From contig JAFUGK010000008.1 of assembly GCA_017469445.1 (NCBI GenBank), positions 1,291 through 65,290 on the forward strand: a stretch of 64,000 bases of DNA, given 5' to 3'. The first letter of the stretch is position 1; each line of letters starts with the position of its first letter. Made by a program: the position numbers and the translations under genes. The DNA comes from Clostridia bacterium (GTDB taxonomy: Bacteria; Bacillota; Clostridia; TANB77; CAG-508). The notes below the pieces were generated by a model. That model did not search any database, had not been told where the DNA came from, and was given only the letters and a program-made list of their open reading frames with translations. Positions 40,268-52,067 of this stretch are shown here, piece after piece.

Positions 40268-41293
40268 TTAAATTATCAGCATTGCATCTCCAAAGCTAAA
40301 AAACATATATTTTTCTTCAACAGCTATTTTATATGCTTCCATTATAAAATCTCTTCCAGCTAAAGCTGAAACAAGCATTACCAAAGTTGATTTTGGTAAA
40401 TGGAAATTGGTAATCAAAGCATCTAGACATTTAAATTTATATCCTGGATAAATAAATATACTAGTATCTCTTTCAGTTTCTTTTACAAATCCATTTTCAT
40501 CTGCAACTGTCTCAATAACTCTGCATGAAGTTGTCCCACATGCAATTACTTTATGTCCGCTTCTTTTTGCACTATTAATTTTATCTACATCTTCTTGCTT
40601 TATATAAAAATGTTCTGAATGCATTTCATGCTCTTCTATGTTTTCTACTTTTACAGGTCTAAATGTTCCAATTCCTACATGGAGTGTGACTTTTGCTATT
40701 TGTATACCTTTTTCTTCTATCTTTTCTAATAGTTCTTCAGTAAAATGTAACCCTGCTGTTGGTGCTGCAGCTGAACCATCATATTTTGCATATACTGTTT
40801 GATATCTATCTTTTTCTTTTAAGCTTTCTGTAATATATGGTGGAAGTGGCATTAATCCAATTTTATCTAATATTTCATTAAAAATTCCATTATAACTAAA
40901 TTCTACTTTTCTATTTCCATTTGGCATTACTTCTAATATTTTACCTTTAAGTAGACCATCTCCAAAAATTACTTCTGCTCCTTCTTTTAATCTTCTACCT
41001 GGTTTTACCATAACTTCCCACATATCATTTTCTATTCTTTTTAGTAATAGAAATTCTACATTTATACCTGTGTCTGTTTTTTCCCCAAGTAGCCTTGCTG
41101 GTAGCACTTTAGTGTTATTTATAACTAAACAATCTCCTGGCTCTAAATAATCTATAATATCTTTAAAAATTTTGTGTTCAATACTATGATATTTTCTATT
41201 TAATACCAATAATCTTGCTTCATCTCTTTTATCACTTGGATGTTGTGCAATTAATTCTTTTGGTAATTCATAATCAAATTCTGCTATATTCAT
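40268..41293 (-). CDS. queA: S-adenosylmethionine:tRNA ribosyltransferase-isomerase
   Basis: [43 protein letters not shown]. Confidence 0.97.
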   Translation of the reverse strand: MNIAEFDYELPKELIAQHPSDKRDEARLLVLNRKYHSIEHKIFKDIIDYLEPGDCLVINNTKVLPARLLGEKTDTGINVEFLLLKRIENDMWEVMVKPGRRLKEGAEVIFGDGLLKGKILEVMPNGNRKVEFSYNGIFNEILDKIGLMPLPPYITESLKEKDRYQTVYAKYDGSAAAPTAGLHFTEELLEKIEEKGIQIAKVTLHVGIGTFRPVKVENIEEHEMHSEHFYIKQEDVDKINSAKRSGHKVIACGTTSCRVIETVADENGFVKETERDTSIFIYPGYKFKCLDALITNFHLPKSTLVMLVSALAGRDFIMEAYKIAVEEKYMFFSFGDAMLII

Positions 41294-42678
41294 TACGTTT
41301 CTCCTTGCTCGTTAATATAATTTAATTTTACTTTTTGAAATAATCTTATAAAGTTTTTAACTAAATCTCTTATTTCTTCTATTATGTTTTGTGGTTCATG
41401 TTCTATATCTATGCTAGTAAAAAATGAAAAGTCACTCTCTTGTACTGGCTTTAAAGTATATACAACTGGGTCTAATCCATATGTATTGCCATTTGAATCT
41501 TTTATTGTATGATTCATATAATCTATATACCACTGCTTTAATCCAGTTACTTTTTGATTTTTATATCCATATTTCTCATTATCATGTAATTCTGGTCTCT
41601 CATAACCAAATTCTTTGGAATTTCTTTCAAATGTATGTAAAAACTCATGCACAAAAACTTCTTCAGGAAATTCATTTACTCTAGGTGCATAACGATATAC
41701 ATAACTTTTATTATTATTAGGAAGTCTTATGTTTGAAAAACCTAATCCTTTATATTCCATACCTCCAAGTCCTATCCAATCATTTACAGGTATTTCTATT
41801 TTTTCAGATAAATCTCCCAATTTTACACCTATAAATATATGGTCATATTCTTTCATAGATAAATACTTATCTAGCACTAAATGTATATCTTCTGGGCTTA
41901 CATAGTATGCATTTTTTTCGTCATATGATAAAGATGTTATTGGCTCATATATTTGTATAATATCATAATTAATTTGAATTTTTCCTGCTGAAAATTCTTC
42001 AAATGAGCTCTTAAATCTAGCCATATTTTCCATCAATTCTTGAATTTCATCATTTCCCATAGATATCCTATATTCCTTCATAATCCCATCTTGATTTAAT
42101 GTTACATTAAGATTATTAAATATTAAAAAAATATAATTCCATTCATTTGATGTATCTGTAACACCTCTTTTTACACTTATATTATCAAACCATGCAGTTC
42201 CTGTGCATACATCATCATATCCACCTAATCTAAATCCTATATTTACCTTTGTTTGATTCTTGGAATTAAAGTATAGGGTAAGTTCTGTCCAATCATTAGT
42301 CCCTGTAATATAGTTTGATCTTGCCACAGTTCCCTCTATGCTTATTTGAGCTCCTCCACCTTTATTAGGTGTTTTAGCTACAACATTTTCTGTTTTTACC
42401 AAACAACTTACTTTATAAGAAGTATTTGGGGTAACTTCCATTTCTTTAAATATCATTGCATCATTATATGTTGGTGATTCAATCTTATAGCTTGCCTTTT
42501 CTCCATATTTAACATTAAAATCTCTAGAAAATTTAGATGAATACAAATTTTGTTCAGCTCTTACAAAATCATTCAAATTTTTTTCTTTATAAATTCCATA
42601 CACCTGTATAAATATGTATATTACTATTATTAGCATTATAAATGATAATATTTTTCTAAAAGGATTTCTTTTTTCCAT
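41293..42678 (-). CDS. Membrane-anchored protein with carbohydrate-binding-like domain and HExxH motif
   Basis: N-terminal TM; CBM4/9-like [22 protein letters not shown]; VHEFLH. Confidence 0.65.
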   Translation of the reverse strand: MEKRNPFRKILSFIMLIIVIYIFIQVYGIYKEKNLNDFVRAEQNLYSSKFSRDFNVKYGEKASYKIESPTYNDAMIFKEMEVTPNTSYKVSCLVKTENVVAKTPNKGGGAQISIEGTVARSNYITGTNDWTELTLYFNSKNQTKVNIGFRLGGYDDVCTGTAWFDNISVKRGVTDTSNEWNYIFLIFNNLNVTLNQDGIMKEYRISMGNDEIQELMENMARFKSSFEEFSAGKIQINYDIIQIYEPITSLSYDEKNAYYVSPEDIHLVLDKYLSMKEYDHIFIGVKLGDLSEKIEIPVNDWIGLGGMEYKGLGFSNIRLPNNNKSYVYRYAPRVNEFPEEVFVHEFLHTFERNSKEFGYERPELHDNEKYGYKNQKVTGLKQWYIDYMNHTIKDSNGNTYGLDPVVYTLKPVQESDFSFFTSIDIEHEPQNIIEEIRDLVKNFIRLFQKVKLNYINEQGET

Positions 42679-42870
42679 AAATTACTCCTTATTTTATCAT
42701 ATGTATATATTATATCTTATTATAAAAAGCAATTCAATAAATTTGTTTTATTTTGATATGAAAAATTTTTAATATTTTTAGTTAGTAATTATTAAGAAAT
42801 TTCTTTTAATAAAACAAAATAGGAGGAAAGCAAACTTCACTCTCCTCCTAATTTTGTTTGTACTACTTAC

Positions 42871-43068
42871 TTAATACTGAATTCCCCCTTTCGGGAAAAT
42901 CCGGATTTTGTCCTTCTTAAAAATCACAGCATCTTCACCGTTTTTAATCCAAAACGCAAGTTTTTCAGGATCCAAATCCTTTAGCCGGTACTGAACATAA
43001 TCTTTTTTATTTTCTTTACCGGTAAGCTCAAATACAGGGGTAATTTCAATAATCTGTTTAATGTGCAT
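42871..43068 (-). CDS. Small hypothetical protein
   Basis: 65 aa, strong RBS GAGGAGG, downstream hairpin at about 42812-42859. Confidence 0.65.
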   Translation of the reverse strand: MHIKQIIEITPVFELTGKENKKDYVQYRLKDLDPEKLAFWIKNGEDAVIFKKDKIRIFPKGGIQY

Positions 43069-43136
43069 AGTACGTAGTACCTCCTCTAAAATTGATATAC
43101 ATATATTATACTATTTTTTATGCAATTTGTCAAAAA

Positions 43137-43415
43137 TTATTCTCGCCTACCTTCACACATACACATTATAATTTTTATAATTGCTAAAATAAATAGTACT
43201 ATAGCTAATACTATTAATGCAGCTAAAGCTCCTAATATTGTTTCTGAAACAGCTGCACCTATTATTAAACCTAGTGTTAAAGCAAAAAGAGTAATTAAAA
43301 TTGTTAAAACTATAAATCCACAGCTTGCTCTGCATCCTCTACATCTACATTTTCTTCTGTTATTATTTTCGTTACATGTTATACTAATTTGTGGTTCCAC
43401 ATATTCCACCTCCAT
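43137..43415 (-). CDS. Small Cys-rich two-TM membrane protein
   Basis: CRCRGCRASCG followed by two hydrophobic helices; start uncertain. Confidence 0.6.
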   Translation of the reverse strand: MEVEYVEPQISITCNENNNRRKCRCRGCRASCGFIVLTILITLFALTLGLIIGAAVSETILGALAALIVLAIVLFILAIIKIIMCMCEGRRE

Positions 43416-43567
43416 TCGAAAATGGCTATATAGTATAATATGTTTTAAAAATATTTTAGTTACATTTTATATTTTTTCTATTATTTATTTCAAATTTGTA
43501 TTAACATTTTACATTTTTTGTGATATTATGTAGAAAAAGATTTTGATTATTGAATGGAGGTATTTTT

Positions 43568-44107
43568 ATGAATGATTTTATAAAAAAATACAGTAAAGAT
43601 TCTTTACTTGTTTCAGCAGTTTTAATTATACTAGCATTATTTTTAATATTTAAACCTGGTCTTTCTATAAATATAGTGATGACAGCTGTTGGTATTGTTC
43701 TTGCATTTTATGGAGTAGTTCAAACATATTCATATTTTTCACACAGTAAAGAAATAGAATTTTTCAATTTTCAATTAGTATTTGGTTTACTTGGAATCTT
43801 AGCAGGACTTGTATTTATATTTAACCCAACATTTATTTATGGAATTTTACCTTTAGCTATCGGACTTTGGATAGTTGTAAAAAGCGTTACTTCATTACAG
43901 TTAGCTCTAAACATTAAAAACTCTGGTGGAGATAATTGGCAGCTTATGCTTATACTTTCTCTCTTAACATTGGTACTTGGAATTGTAATTGTTGTAAATC
44001 CTTTTGAAGCTTTGGAAGCAGCAGTTTCTATATGTGGTGGATTCTTATTAGTTTCTGAACTAATTAACCTATTTGAAACTGTTTATATGTTAAGAATGAT
44101 GAAATAA
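43568..44107 (+). CDS. HdeD/DUF308 family membrane protein
   Basis: Six TMs with repeated G..FI.NP motif; ATG after GGAGG. Confidence 0.85.
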   Translation: MNDFIKKYSKDSLLVSAVLIILALFLIFKPGLSINIVMTAVGIVLAFYGVVQTYSYFSHSKEIEFFNFQLVFGLLGILAGLVFIFNPTFIYGILPLAIGLWIVVKSVTSLQLALNIKNSGGDNWQLMLILSLLTLVLGIVIVVNPFEALEAAVSICGGFLLVSELINLFETVYMLRMMK

Positions 44108-44132
44108 AATTCTGTAAAAATTAAAACCAAAA

Positions 44133-44180
44133 AAGATACGATTATATATTAAATTGAAATTTAATATATAATCGTATCTT
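44133..44180. terminator. Bidirectional long hairpin
   Basis: AAGATACGATTATATATTAAATT/AATTTAATATATAATCGTATCTT perfect arms. Confidence 0.7.
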
Positions 44181-44209
44181 GATTTATATATATACATATT
44201 TAAAATCTT

Positions 44210-44518
44210 TTAATGTTTAGCACTTAATTTTATAATTAAATCCATATTATCATCTTTTGCAGCTTTATTTTTTCTAATCTTTCCACACTTTTTACACTTA
44301 AATATTATAACATATCCCTTTTTCCCGTCTATCTCAAGTCCTATTGGTTCTAAGTCTCCATGACATTCTTCTGCCCTATCTCCAGGATTTTTATCTACAT
44401 GCATTGAATGCAAACAAAAAGGGCAATGATTTCTACAAGAATAGCCTAGTTTTTCTACGTGTTTTCCACAATTATTGCACACAAATTCTTCATCAATTTC
44501 AGTAAAATTTCTTTCCAT
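44210..44518 (-). CDS. RNHCP domain-containing zinc-binding protein
   Basis: F.C.NCG, RNHCPFCLHS.HVD..PGDR, CKKCG. Confidence 0.9.
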   Translation of the reverse strand: MERNFTEIDEEFVCNNCGKHVEKLGYSCRNHCPFCLHSMHVDKNPGDRAEECHGDLEPIGLEIDGKKGYVIIFKCKKCGKIRKNKAAKDDNMDLIIKLSAKH

Positions 44519-44531
44519 CTCAAAGACTCCT

Positions 44532-46172
44532 TTAAGCTCCAAATATACTTTCCCCAATAAATTCCCTAAGCAAAGACTGATTTGGAATATATTTTGGATC
44601 AATTGGTTCAAAATATCTAAGCATTCGATATAATCGTTTTGCTTCTGAATATTCTCTGTGTGTGTTATCTATTTCAGCAAGTAATGGCATTGCATAATTT
44701 CTAAGAACTCCTAATTCATATACTAGTGATGTATTAAACATTGCATCTGCAGTTTCTTGAAATGGAAATATATTTGCATTTTCTCCTCTTGTTACAGAAG
44801 GCCACATTTCAAGTGTATGTAGTGCGCTATATCCTCTGTAATTATAGTCTCTTACTATTCTTCTAATTAATCTTGTATCTGTTGTAGAAATTCTATTAAA
44901 ATAATCTATGTTAAGTACAGTAAGTGCACTTATGTATATCTTGTATTTTACTTCTTTTGGTATATATGCTGTTAATTTATCATTTAAGCAGTGAATTCCT
45001 TCAATTACAAGAATTTCATCTGATTTCATTCTTTTCTTATTTCCATTAAATTTCTTGCTGCCTGTTATAAAATCAAATGTTGGTAGTTCTACTTCTTCTC
45101 CATTTATAAGTCCTTTTAAATTACTATTAAAAAGCTCTAAATCAATTGCATTTATAGATTCAAAATCGTATTTTCCATTTTTGTCTCTTGGTGTTTGTTC
45201 TCTTTCTACAAAATAATTATCTACAGATAAAGTAAATGGTTTTATACCATTTACTCTCAGCTGAATTCCTAGTCTTTGTGCAAATGTAGTTTTTCCAGAT
45301 GATGATGGGCCTGCAATTAAGATTACTTTTACATTTTTTCTTGATACTATATCATCTGCAATATTGGCAATTTTTTTCTCATGAAGAGCTTCGTCTACTA
45401 AAATTGTGGTTTTTATTTCATCATCTTTTACTTTTTTATTTAATTTATATACTGTACTAACATCTAATACCCTATGCAAATCCGCATATTCATCTAATGT
45501 TTTTAACATTTTAGGTTTTTCTACAAATGGTCCTAATTTATGCGGATTCTGCCTACTTGGATATCTTAATATTATTCCTCTTCCATATTTTAAAATATCA
45601 AATATCTTTATATATCCTGTAGAAATTGGCATAACTCCATAAAAATAATTATAATAATCTTCACAGTAATATAGCATTACTTCTGGTTTTTCCTCATTAT
45701 CTAGTTGCAATCTACCTCTTAATGTTTTTTCTTTTTTATAAAAAACCTCTGCATCTTCTTTTGACATCATAACTTTTGTGATTTTTAAGTCTTTATCTAC
45801 TATTTCTTGCATTCTTTTCTTTACATTTTCTACCATTTCATCTGTTATTTCCATATTATCTATTTCGCATAATATAGAATTAGATATTTGATAGTTTACT
45901 GTTATAAGTGCTTCTTTATATAATTCTGCAAAAGCTTTAGACATAATATATGCTAATCCTCTTGTATAAATTCGTTTTCCATCTTTATTGGTTCCATCTA
46001 TTAATTCAATAACTCCATCTTTATTTATTTCATAATCTAAAGATTTTACTTCATTATTAAATCTGCACCCTATAATATCCCTATCTGATTGTTCAATTTC
46101 ATTTTTAAAAATATCTATTACTTTTGTTCCCTTTTCTATTTCTAATAATTTGCCATTGTATTCTATTTTCAT
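44532..46172 (-). CDS. Nucleoside (uridine) kinase with ThrRS-like N-terminal domain
   Basis: IAGPSSSGKTTFA, SVDNYF, EGIHCLN, RLIRRIVRD, NIFPFQE. Confidence 0.88.
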   Translation of the reverse strand: MKIEYNGKLLEIEKGTKVIDIFKNEIEQSDRDIIGCRFNNEVKSLDYEINKDGVIELIDGTNKDGKRIYTRGLAYIMSKAFAELYKEALITVNYQISNSILCEIDNMEITDEMVENVKKRMQEIVDKDLKITKVMMSKEDAEVFYKKEKTLRGRLQLDNEEKPEVMLYYCEDYYNYFYGVMPISTGYIKIFDILKYGRGIILRYPSRQNPHKLGPFVEKPKMLKTLDEYADLHRVLDVSTVYKLNKKVKDDEIKTTILVDEALHEKKIANIADDIVSRKNVKVILIAGPSSSGKTTFAQRLGIQLRVNGIKPFTLSVDNYFVEREQTPRDKNGKYDFESINAIDLELFNSNLKGLINGEEVELPTFDFITGSKKFNGNKKRMKSDEILVIEGIHCLNDKLTAYIPKEVKYKIYISALTVLNIDYFNRISTTDTRLIRRIVRDYNYRGYSALHTLEMWPSVTRGENANIFPFQETADAMFNTSLVYELGVLRNYAMPLLAEIDNTHREYSEAKRLYRMLRYFEPIDPKYIPNQSLLREFIGESIFGA

Positions 46173-46197
46173 ATATTCCTCCAACTATGCAATATAT

Positions 46198-48825
46198 TTA
46201 TCTAGGATTTTTTATTGCTGCTTGTGCTGCTGCAAGTCTTGCTATTGGTACTCTATATGGTGAGCAAGACACATAAGTTAAACCTACATTGTGGCAAAAT
46301 TCTACAGATGATGGTTCTCCTCCATGCTCTCCGCAAATTCCAAGTTTTATATCTGGTCTTGTTTGTTTTCCCAAATCAACAGCCATTTTAACTAATTTTC
46401 CAATTCCTTTTTGATCTATTTTAGCAAATGGATCAAATTCATATATGTTTTTCTGATAATAATCTGATAAGAATTTTCCTGCATCATCTCGGCTAAATCC
46501 AAATCCCATTTGTGTTAAATCATTTGTTCCAAAAGAGAAAAATTCTGCCTCTTCTGCAATTTCATCTGCTGTTAAGCATGCTCTTGGTATTTCTATCATA
46601 GTTCCAACATGATATCTTAAATTTATTCCTGAAGTTTTTATTAATTCATCTGCCTCTTTTGTTACTATATCTTTAACATACTTTAATTCTTTAACTTCCC
46701 CAACTAATGGAATCATTATTTCTGGTGATATTGGTAATCCCTCTTTGTTTACATTTATTGCGGCTTCTATTATTGCCCTTGTTTGCATTTTTGCAATTTC
46801 TGGATATGTTACTGCAAGTCTACATCCACGGTGTCCCATCATTGGGTTAAACTCATGCAAGCTTGTTACAACATTTTTTAAATCTTCAAAACTCATTTGC
46901 ATATCCTTTGCAAGTTCTGCAATTTCTTCATCTGTATGTGGTAAGAATTCATGTAATGGTGGATCTAATAATCTAATTGTAACAGGATATCCTTTCATTT
47001 CTCTATATAATCCTTCAAAGTCACTTCTTTGCATTGGTAACAATTTTGCTAATGCATTTTCTCTTTGCTCTGTAGTTTTTGAAACTATCATTTCTCTCAT
47101 TGCTTTAATTCTATCTGCTTCGAAAAACATATGCTCTGTCCTGCAAAGTCCTATTCCTTCTGCTCCAAATTCATATGCTTGTTTTGCATCTCGTGGATTG
47201 TCAGCATTTGCTCTTACCCCAATTTGTCTATAATTGTCTGCCCATCCCATAAATGTAGCTAAATTTCCAACAACTTCAGCAGGTACTGTTTCTATTCTTT
47301 CCCCGTAAACATTTCCTGTACTACCATCTAAAGATATATAATCTCCTTCAAAATATTTTTTACCTGTTGCATCTTGTAAGTATTTTTCTTCTTCATTTAC
47401 AACTAATTCTCCGCATCCAGAAACGCAACAAGTTCCCATTCCACGTGCTACAACTGCTGCATGTGATGTCATTCCACCTCTTACTGTAAGTACACCATTG
47501 CATACATTCATTCCTTCAATATCTTCTGGTGAAGTTTCTAATCTTACAAGAATTAAATCTTTTTCTCCAGCTTGATGTTTTTCTACTGCTTCTTCTGCAG
47601 TAAATACTATTTTACCAGTAGCAGCTCCTGGAGAGGCTGCTAACCCTGTAGTTATTGGAGTTGCAGCTTTTAATTTTTCAGCATTAAAGTTTGGATGCAA
47701 TAATTGGTCTAATTGCTTTGGTTCAACTCTTAAAAGAGCTTCTTTTTCGCTAATCATTCCTTCTTTAACAAGCTCTACTGCGACTCTTATTGCAGCTTCT
47801 GCTGTTCTTTTACCATTTCTTGTTTGAAGTATATATAGTTTTCCTTTTTCTATTGTGAATTCTAAGTCTTGCATATCTCTAAAATATTTTTCTAGTTTAT
47901 TTGCATAAATTACAAAATCATTGTATGCAGATTCATTTACCTCTTTTAATGTATCTATTGGTTGTGGTGTTCTTATTCCTGCAACAACATCTTCGCCTTG
48001 AGCATTCATTAGGTATTCACCAAATAGCTTATTTTCTCCAGTTGCAGGGTTTCTTGTAAATGCTACTCCTGTTCCACAATCATCGCCCATATTTCCAAAT
48101 ACCATTTCTTGAACATTAACAGCTGTTCCCCAATCAGATGGTATATCATTTAATCGTCTATATGTTATTGCTCTTGGGTTATTCCATGACCTAAATACTG
48201 CTTTTACTGCTTCTAATAATTGGTATCTTGGATCTTGTGGAAAATCTTCTTTCCTATTATTTTTATAAATCTTTTTAAATATTTCTATTAATTCTTTTAA
48301 ATCTTCAGCATTTAATTCAGTATCTAATTTAACACCTTTTTTATACTTTAATTGATCAATTTCAAATTCAAATAATCCTTTTGGTATTTCATATACAACA
48401 TCACTAAACATCTGAATAAATCTTCTATAGCTATCATATGCAAATCTTTCATTTTTCTTTGCAAGAGCTAAAACAACATTATCGTTTAATCCTAAATTTA
48501 ATATTGTATCCATCATTCCTGGCATAGAAGCCCTTGCTCCTGACCTTACAGATACAAGTAATGGATTATTTAAATCTCCTAATTTTTTTCCTGTATTTTT
48601 TTCTAATTTTTGCACAGCTTCAAATAACTCTTCTCCTATATCTTGAGCTATTATTTCTCCATCTGTATAATATCTTGTACATGCCTCTGTTGTAACCGTA
48701 AATCCTTTTGGAATAGGTAAGCCTAAATTAGTCATTTCTGCTAAATTTGCTCCTTTTCCTCCTAGTAATTCTCTCATGTCTTTATTGCCTTCGCTAAATA
48801 AATAGACATATTTTTTGTTTGCCAT
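46198..48825 (-). CDS. ppdK: Pyruvate, phosphate dikinase
   Basis: LLGGKGANLAEM, SVRSGA, GGMTSHAAVVARG, GIGLCRTEHMF, GICGEHGG. Confidence 0.97.
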   Translation of the reverse strand: MANKKYVYLFSEGNKDMRELLGGKGANLAEMTNLGLPIPKGFTVTTEACTRYYTDGEIIAQDIGEELFEAVQKLEKNTGKKLGDLNNPLLVSVRSGARASMPGMMDTILNLGLNDNVVLALAKKNERFAYDSYRRFIQMFSDVVYEIPKGLFEFEIDQLKYKKGVKLDTELNAEDLKELIEIFKKIYKNNRKEDFPQDPRYQLLEAVKAVFRSWNNPRAITYRRLNDIPSDWGTAVNVQEMVFGNMGDDCGTGVAFTRNPATGENKLFGEYLMNAQGEDVVAGIRTPQPIDTLKEVNESAYNDFVIYANKLEKYFRDMQDLEFTIEKGKLYILQTRNGKRTAEAAIRVAVELVKEGMISEKEALLRVEPKQLDQLLHPNFNAEKLKAATPITTGLAASPGAATGKIVFTAEEAVEKHQAGEKDLILVRLETSPEDIEGMNVCNGVLTVRGGMTSHAAVVARGMGTCCVSGCGELVVNEEEKYLQDATGKKYFEGDYISLDGSTGNVYGERIETVPAEVVGNLATFMGWADNYRQIGVRANADNPRDAKQAYEFGAEGIGLCRTEHMFFEADRIKAMREMIVSKTTEQRENALAKLLPMQRSDFEGLYREMKGYPVTIRLLDPPLHEFLPHTDEEIAELAKDMQMSFEDLKNVVTSLHEFNPMMGHRGCRLAVTYPEIAKMQTRAIIEAAINVNKEGLPISPEIMIPLVGEVKELKYVKDIVTKEADELIKTSGINLRYHVGTMIEIPRACLTADEIAEEAEFFSFGTNDLTQMGFGFSRDDAGKFLSDYYQKNIYEFDPFAKIDQKGIGKLVKMAVDLGKQTRPDIKLGICGEHGGEPSSVEFCHNVGLTYVSCSPYRVPIARLAAAQAAIKNPR

Positions 48826-48948
48826 AGTATACCTCCTAAAAATTTCTTTTGTCATATTCTTTTGATATTATACCACAATAATTTAAAAAGCAAACAAAAT
48901 TTGAAATTTTTTTGCTAAATTAAATAAATAAAGGTTATATATTAAAAT

Positions 48949-49764
48949 TTATTTAAATTCATCTAAGCTTTTAAATTCATATCCCATATTTTTAATTTCT
49001 TTTATACAAAAATCTAATATTTCACTATTATCTTTTGAAGTAGCATGTAGCAAAATTACTGCACCTGGATGAATATTATCTAATATTTTCTGTTTACCAT
49101 ATTCTTCACGTCCCTGCTTATTTTCATCCCAATCATCATAAGCAAGTGACCACATAACTGTTGTATACCCTAAATTCTTACATATACTAAGTACTCTCTC
49201 ACTATATTCTCCTTTAGGTGGTCTTACATATTTCATTTCATACCCTGTTTTCTCTACTAATGCTGTATGTAAATTCATTATTTCTTCTTTTATTTTCGTG
49301 TCAGAAACATCCGGAAGAGATGGATGATTAACTGTATGATTTCCTATAATATGTCCTTCGTCAATCATCCTTTTTACCAATTCCGGCTCAGAATTTAAAT
49401 AATGCGCTGTTATAAAAAAAGTAGCTGTTACATTATTTTCTTTTAAAACATCTAATATTTTAGATGTATATCCCGCTTCATAGCCATTATCAAATGTTAA
49501 ATACACATTTTTATCATTTTCTTTTCCAATTGCAATTCCATTATATTTTTCTATAAGAGCTTTATTTTTTGTCCCTAAATCTGGTTGCTTATGATCTTTT
49601 GCCCTTTTTATTCCCCACCCTATCTTTTCATTACTTAAACTTGTTTTTACAGGTTCTGCTGAAGTATGTATTACCTTCTCGTTTGTTCTAATTACACTAA
49701 TTCCAAACACTAGCATGCACACAGTTGCTATTCCTAAAAAAATATATTCAAATTTAAATTTCAT
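48949..49764 (-). CDS. pdaA: Delta-lactam-biosynthetic de-N-acetylase (polysaccharide deacetylase)
   Basis: YLTFDNGYEAG, GNHTVNHPS, RPPKGEYS, WSLAY.DW, HPGAVILLH. Confidence 0.85.
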   Translation of the reverse strand: MKFKFEYIFLGIATVCMLVFGISVIRTNEKVIHTSAEPVKTSLSNEKIGWGIKRAKDHKQPDLGTKNKALIEKYNGIAIGKENDKNVYLTFDNGYEAGYTSKILDVLKENNVTATFFITAHYLNSEPELVKRMIDEGHIIGNHTVNHPSLPDVSDTKIKEEIMNLHTALVEKTGYEMKYVRPPKGEYSERVLSICKNLGYTTVMWSLAYDDWDENKQGREEYGKQKILDNIHPGAVILLHATSKDNSEILDFCIKEIKNMGYEFKSLDEFK

Positions 49765-49956
49765 AAACTCCTCCTATATTTTTATTTTATGAAATTTAAG
49801 CATATTTATTACTATCTTTCTTTTTCGTATATTACGTATAAGTTACCCATTGACAATAAAACTTTTTTGAATTATTATGTATGCACAGTTGGAAATTTAA
49901 GGTAATTTGTCGTTTTTTTTAGACGGTTACTACAAAAGACAAGAAAAGGTGATAAT

Positions 49957-50670
49957 ATGTTAAATTTTGTCGTTTGTGATGATAATATTGCTGTTCTTAA
50001 TAAACTTTGTAAAATGTTGGAAACTATTTTTATAAATAATTCTCTTGATGCTAACATTGTTTTGCAAGAATCGTCTGGCAACAATGTTATTAATTTCATC
50101 AAACATAATCATGTTGATGTTCTTGTATTAGATATAGATTTAAAAGATAATACTTCAGGTTTGAAAATAGCCGAAGAATTACGTAAAATAAATAAAAATG
50201 CGTATATAATCTTTGCAACAGGTCATATAGAATATGTAATTATGGCTTATAAATATAAGACTTTTGATTATTTACCTAAACCTATTACATTAGAAAGACT
50301 TCAGGAAACTATCTTACGCCTATTTAGCGATATGGAAAATTCTATAAATACCAAATATATAAAAATTGGTAATAGCCAAAATATTGTAAGAGAAAATGAT
50401 ATTGAATATATAAAACGTGATGGAATGAAATTAGTTTATCACACTGCTAGTAAAGAATATGAAGCTTATTCTTCTTTTAATAAGATACAACATAATCTAC
50501 CAAATAATTTTGTAAGATGTCATAAATCATTTATTGTAAATGTTAATAAAATAGCAGATGTAGAAATAGCTTCAAATAAAATATCTTTTGAAAACAATAA
50601 TCACTGTTTAATTGGTCCGAAATACAAAAATAATTTTATGGAGGTTTTTAATAACTATGGAAATTTTTAA
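49957..50670 (+). CDS. agrA: LytTR-family response regulator (AgrA-like)
   Basis: CDD, LDI, FDYL.KP receiver; FVRCHKSFIVN LytTR motif. Confidence 0.88.
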   Translation: MLNFVVCDDNIAVLNKLCKMLETIFINNSLDANIVLQESSGNNVINFIKHNHVDVLVLDIDLKDNTSGLKIAEELRKINKNAYIIFATGHIEYVIMAYKYKTFDYLPKPITLERLQETILRLFSDMENSINTKYIKIGNSQNIVRENDIEYIKRDGMKLVYHTASKEYEAYSSFNKIQHNLPNNFVRCHKSFIVNVNKIADVEIASNKISFENNNHCLIGPKYKNNFMEVFNNYGNF

Positions 50671-52000
50671 TACAATTTTTGAAACTCTAACAACTCCAAA
50701 TGAATGGATTTCAAATATTATTTGTAGTCCGCTTATTGTTGTAGAATCAATGATTGCTATGCTTTTATTTACTACTTTATTAGACATAAAAGCAACTAGG
50801 AAACAAAATATATATTACGTTTTATTAATATCTTTTGGCTGTTTATGTTCCAAATTTATTGTTCCATCACCTTATGGAACTTTATTAAACATAATCTTAT
50901 ATCCAGTTATTATATACTTAACCTATAGAGCTGGCTTATTGAAAAGTATTATTGGACAAATTATACCTTTTATAATTACAGTGTTAATAGAGCCAATTAT
51001 AATAAAGCTATATTACATTATGTTTAATGTAACTTATGAAGTTGTGGCAATCACTCCTATTTATAGAATATCTGCAATGTTAATAATATATTTTACTATG
51101 TATATTATCTATTTAATATGCAAAAGATTTAATTTAAATATATCCTCTCTAGATGTACTAGATAAATCTTCCAAAAAATTGTTACTAATAAATACAATAT
51201 TAGGAATTCTAGCTATTGCAATGCAATATTATTTAGTAAATTTTTATAGTGATAATTTACCATTACTTATAACAATTTTTAGTACTTTAACACTTTTAAT
51301 TTACTTTATTTTAAGTTTTTACAATATTACCAGAACTACTAAATTAGAACTTACAAAACAAGATTTAGAAGAAATAAAATTATATAATAAAACTTTAAAT
51401 ATTTTGTATGATAATATTCGTGGCTTTAAGCACGATTTTAACAATATAATTCAAGCAATTGGTGGATATATTCAATCTGAAGATATGGATGGATTAAAAA
51501 AATATTATGCACAAATACTAGAAGATTGTAATAAGCAAAAAAATTTAGCAGTTTTAAACCCAGAAGTTATAAATAACCCTGCAATTTACAGCATTTTAGC
51601 TTCTAAATATTATTTAGCAGATTCTAAAGGAATTACAATTCATTTTGATACATTTATGGATTTAAATACTTTAAAAATGAAAATATATGAATTTACTAGA
51701 ATACTGGGTATACTTTTAGATAATGCAATTGAAGCAAGTTCAGAATGTGAAGAAAAATTAATTAATATAACAATTAGAAACGAAGAAAATAAGCATAGAC
51801 AAATTTTATATATAGAAAATACATATAATAATAAAGATATAGATACAGAAAAAATATATGAAAAATCATATTCTACAAAGCCTAATAATACAGGGCTTGG
51901 TCTATGGGAAGTTAGACAAATATTAAAGCATAATAATAATTTAAATTTATTTACAAGTAAAAATGATAAATTTTTCTCTCAACAATTAGAAATATATTAA
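50657..52000 (+). CDS. agrC: AgrC-like sensor histidine kinase
   Basis: Multi-TM N-terminus, RGFKHDFNN, ILLDNAIEA, STK...GLGL. Confidence 0.9.
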   Translation: MEIFNTIFETLTTPNEWISNIICSPLIVVESMIAMLLFTTLLDIKATRKQNIYYVLLISFGCLCSKFIVPSPYGTLLNIILYPVIIYLTYRAGLLKSIIGQIIPFIITVLIEPIIIKLYYIMFNVTYEVVAITPIYRISAMLIIYFTMYIIYLICKRFNLNISSLDVLDKSSKKLLLINTILGILAIAMQYYLVNFYSDNLPLLITIFSTLTLLIYFILSFYNITRTTKLELTKQDLEEIKLYNKTLNILYDNIRGFKHDFNNIIQAIGGYIQSEDMDGLKKYYAQILEDCNKQKNLAVLNPEVINNPAIYSILASKYYLADSKGITIHFDTFMDLNTLKMKIYEFTRILGILLDNAIEASSECEEKLINITIRNEENKHRQILYIENTYNNKDIDTEKIYEKSYSTKPNNTGLGLWEVRQILKHNNNLNLFTSKNDKFFSQQLEIY

Positions 52001-52035
52001 ATAAAAGGTGGTTTTTATTTAACCACCTTTTATTT
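51999..52035. terminator. Bidirectional terminator between agrC and agrD
   Basis: AAATAAAAGGTGGTT..AACCACCTTTTATTT. Confidence 0.75.
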
Positions 52036-52067
52036 TGTCGAATTTTGTAATTTAAGGAATTTGAAAA

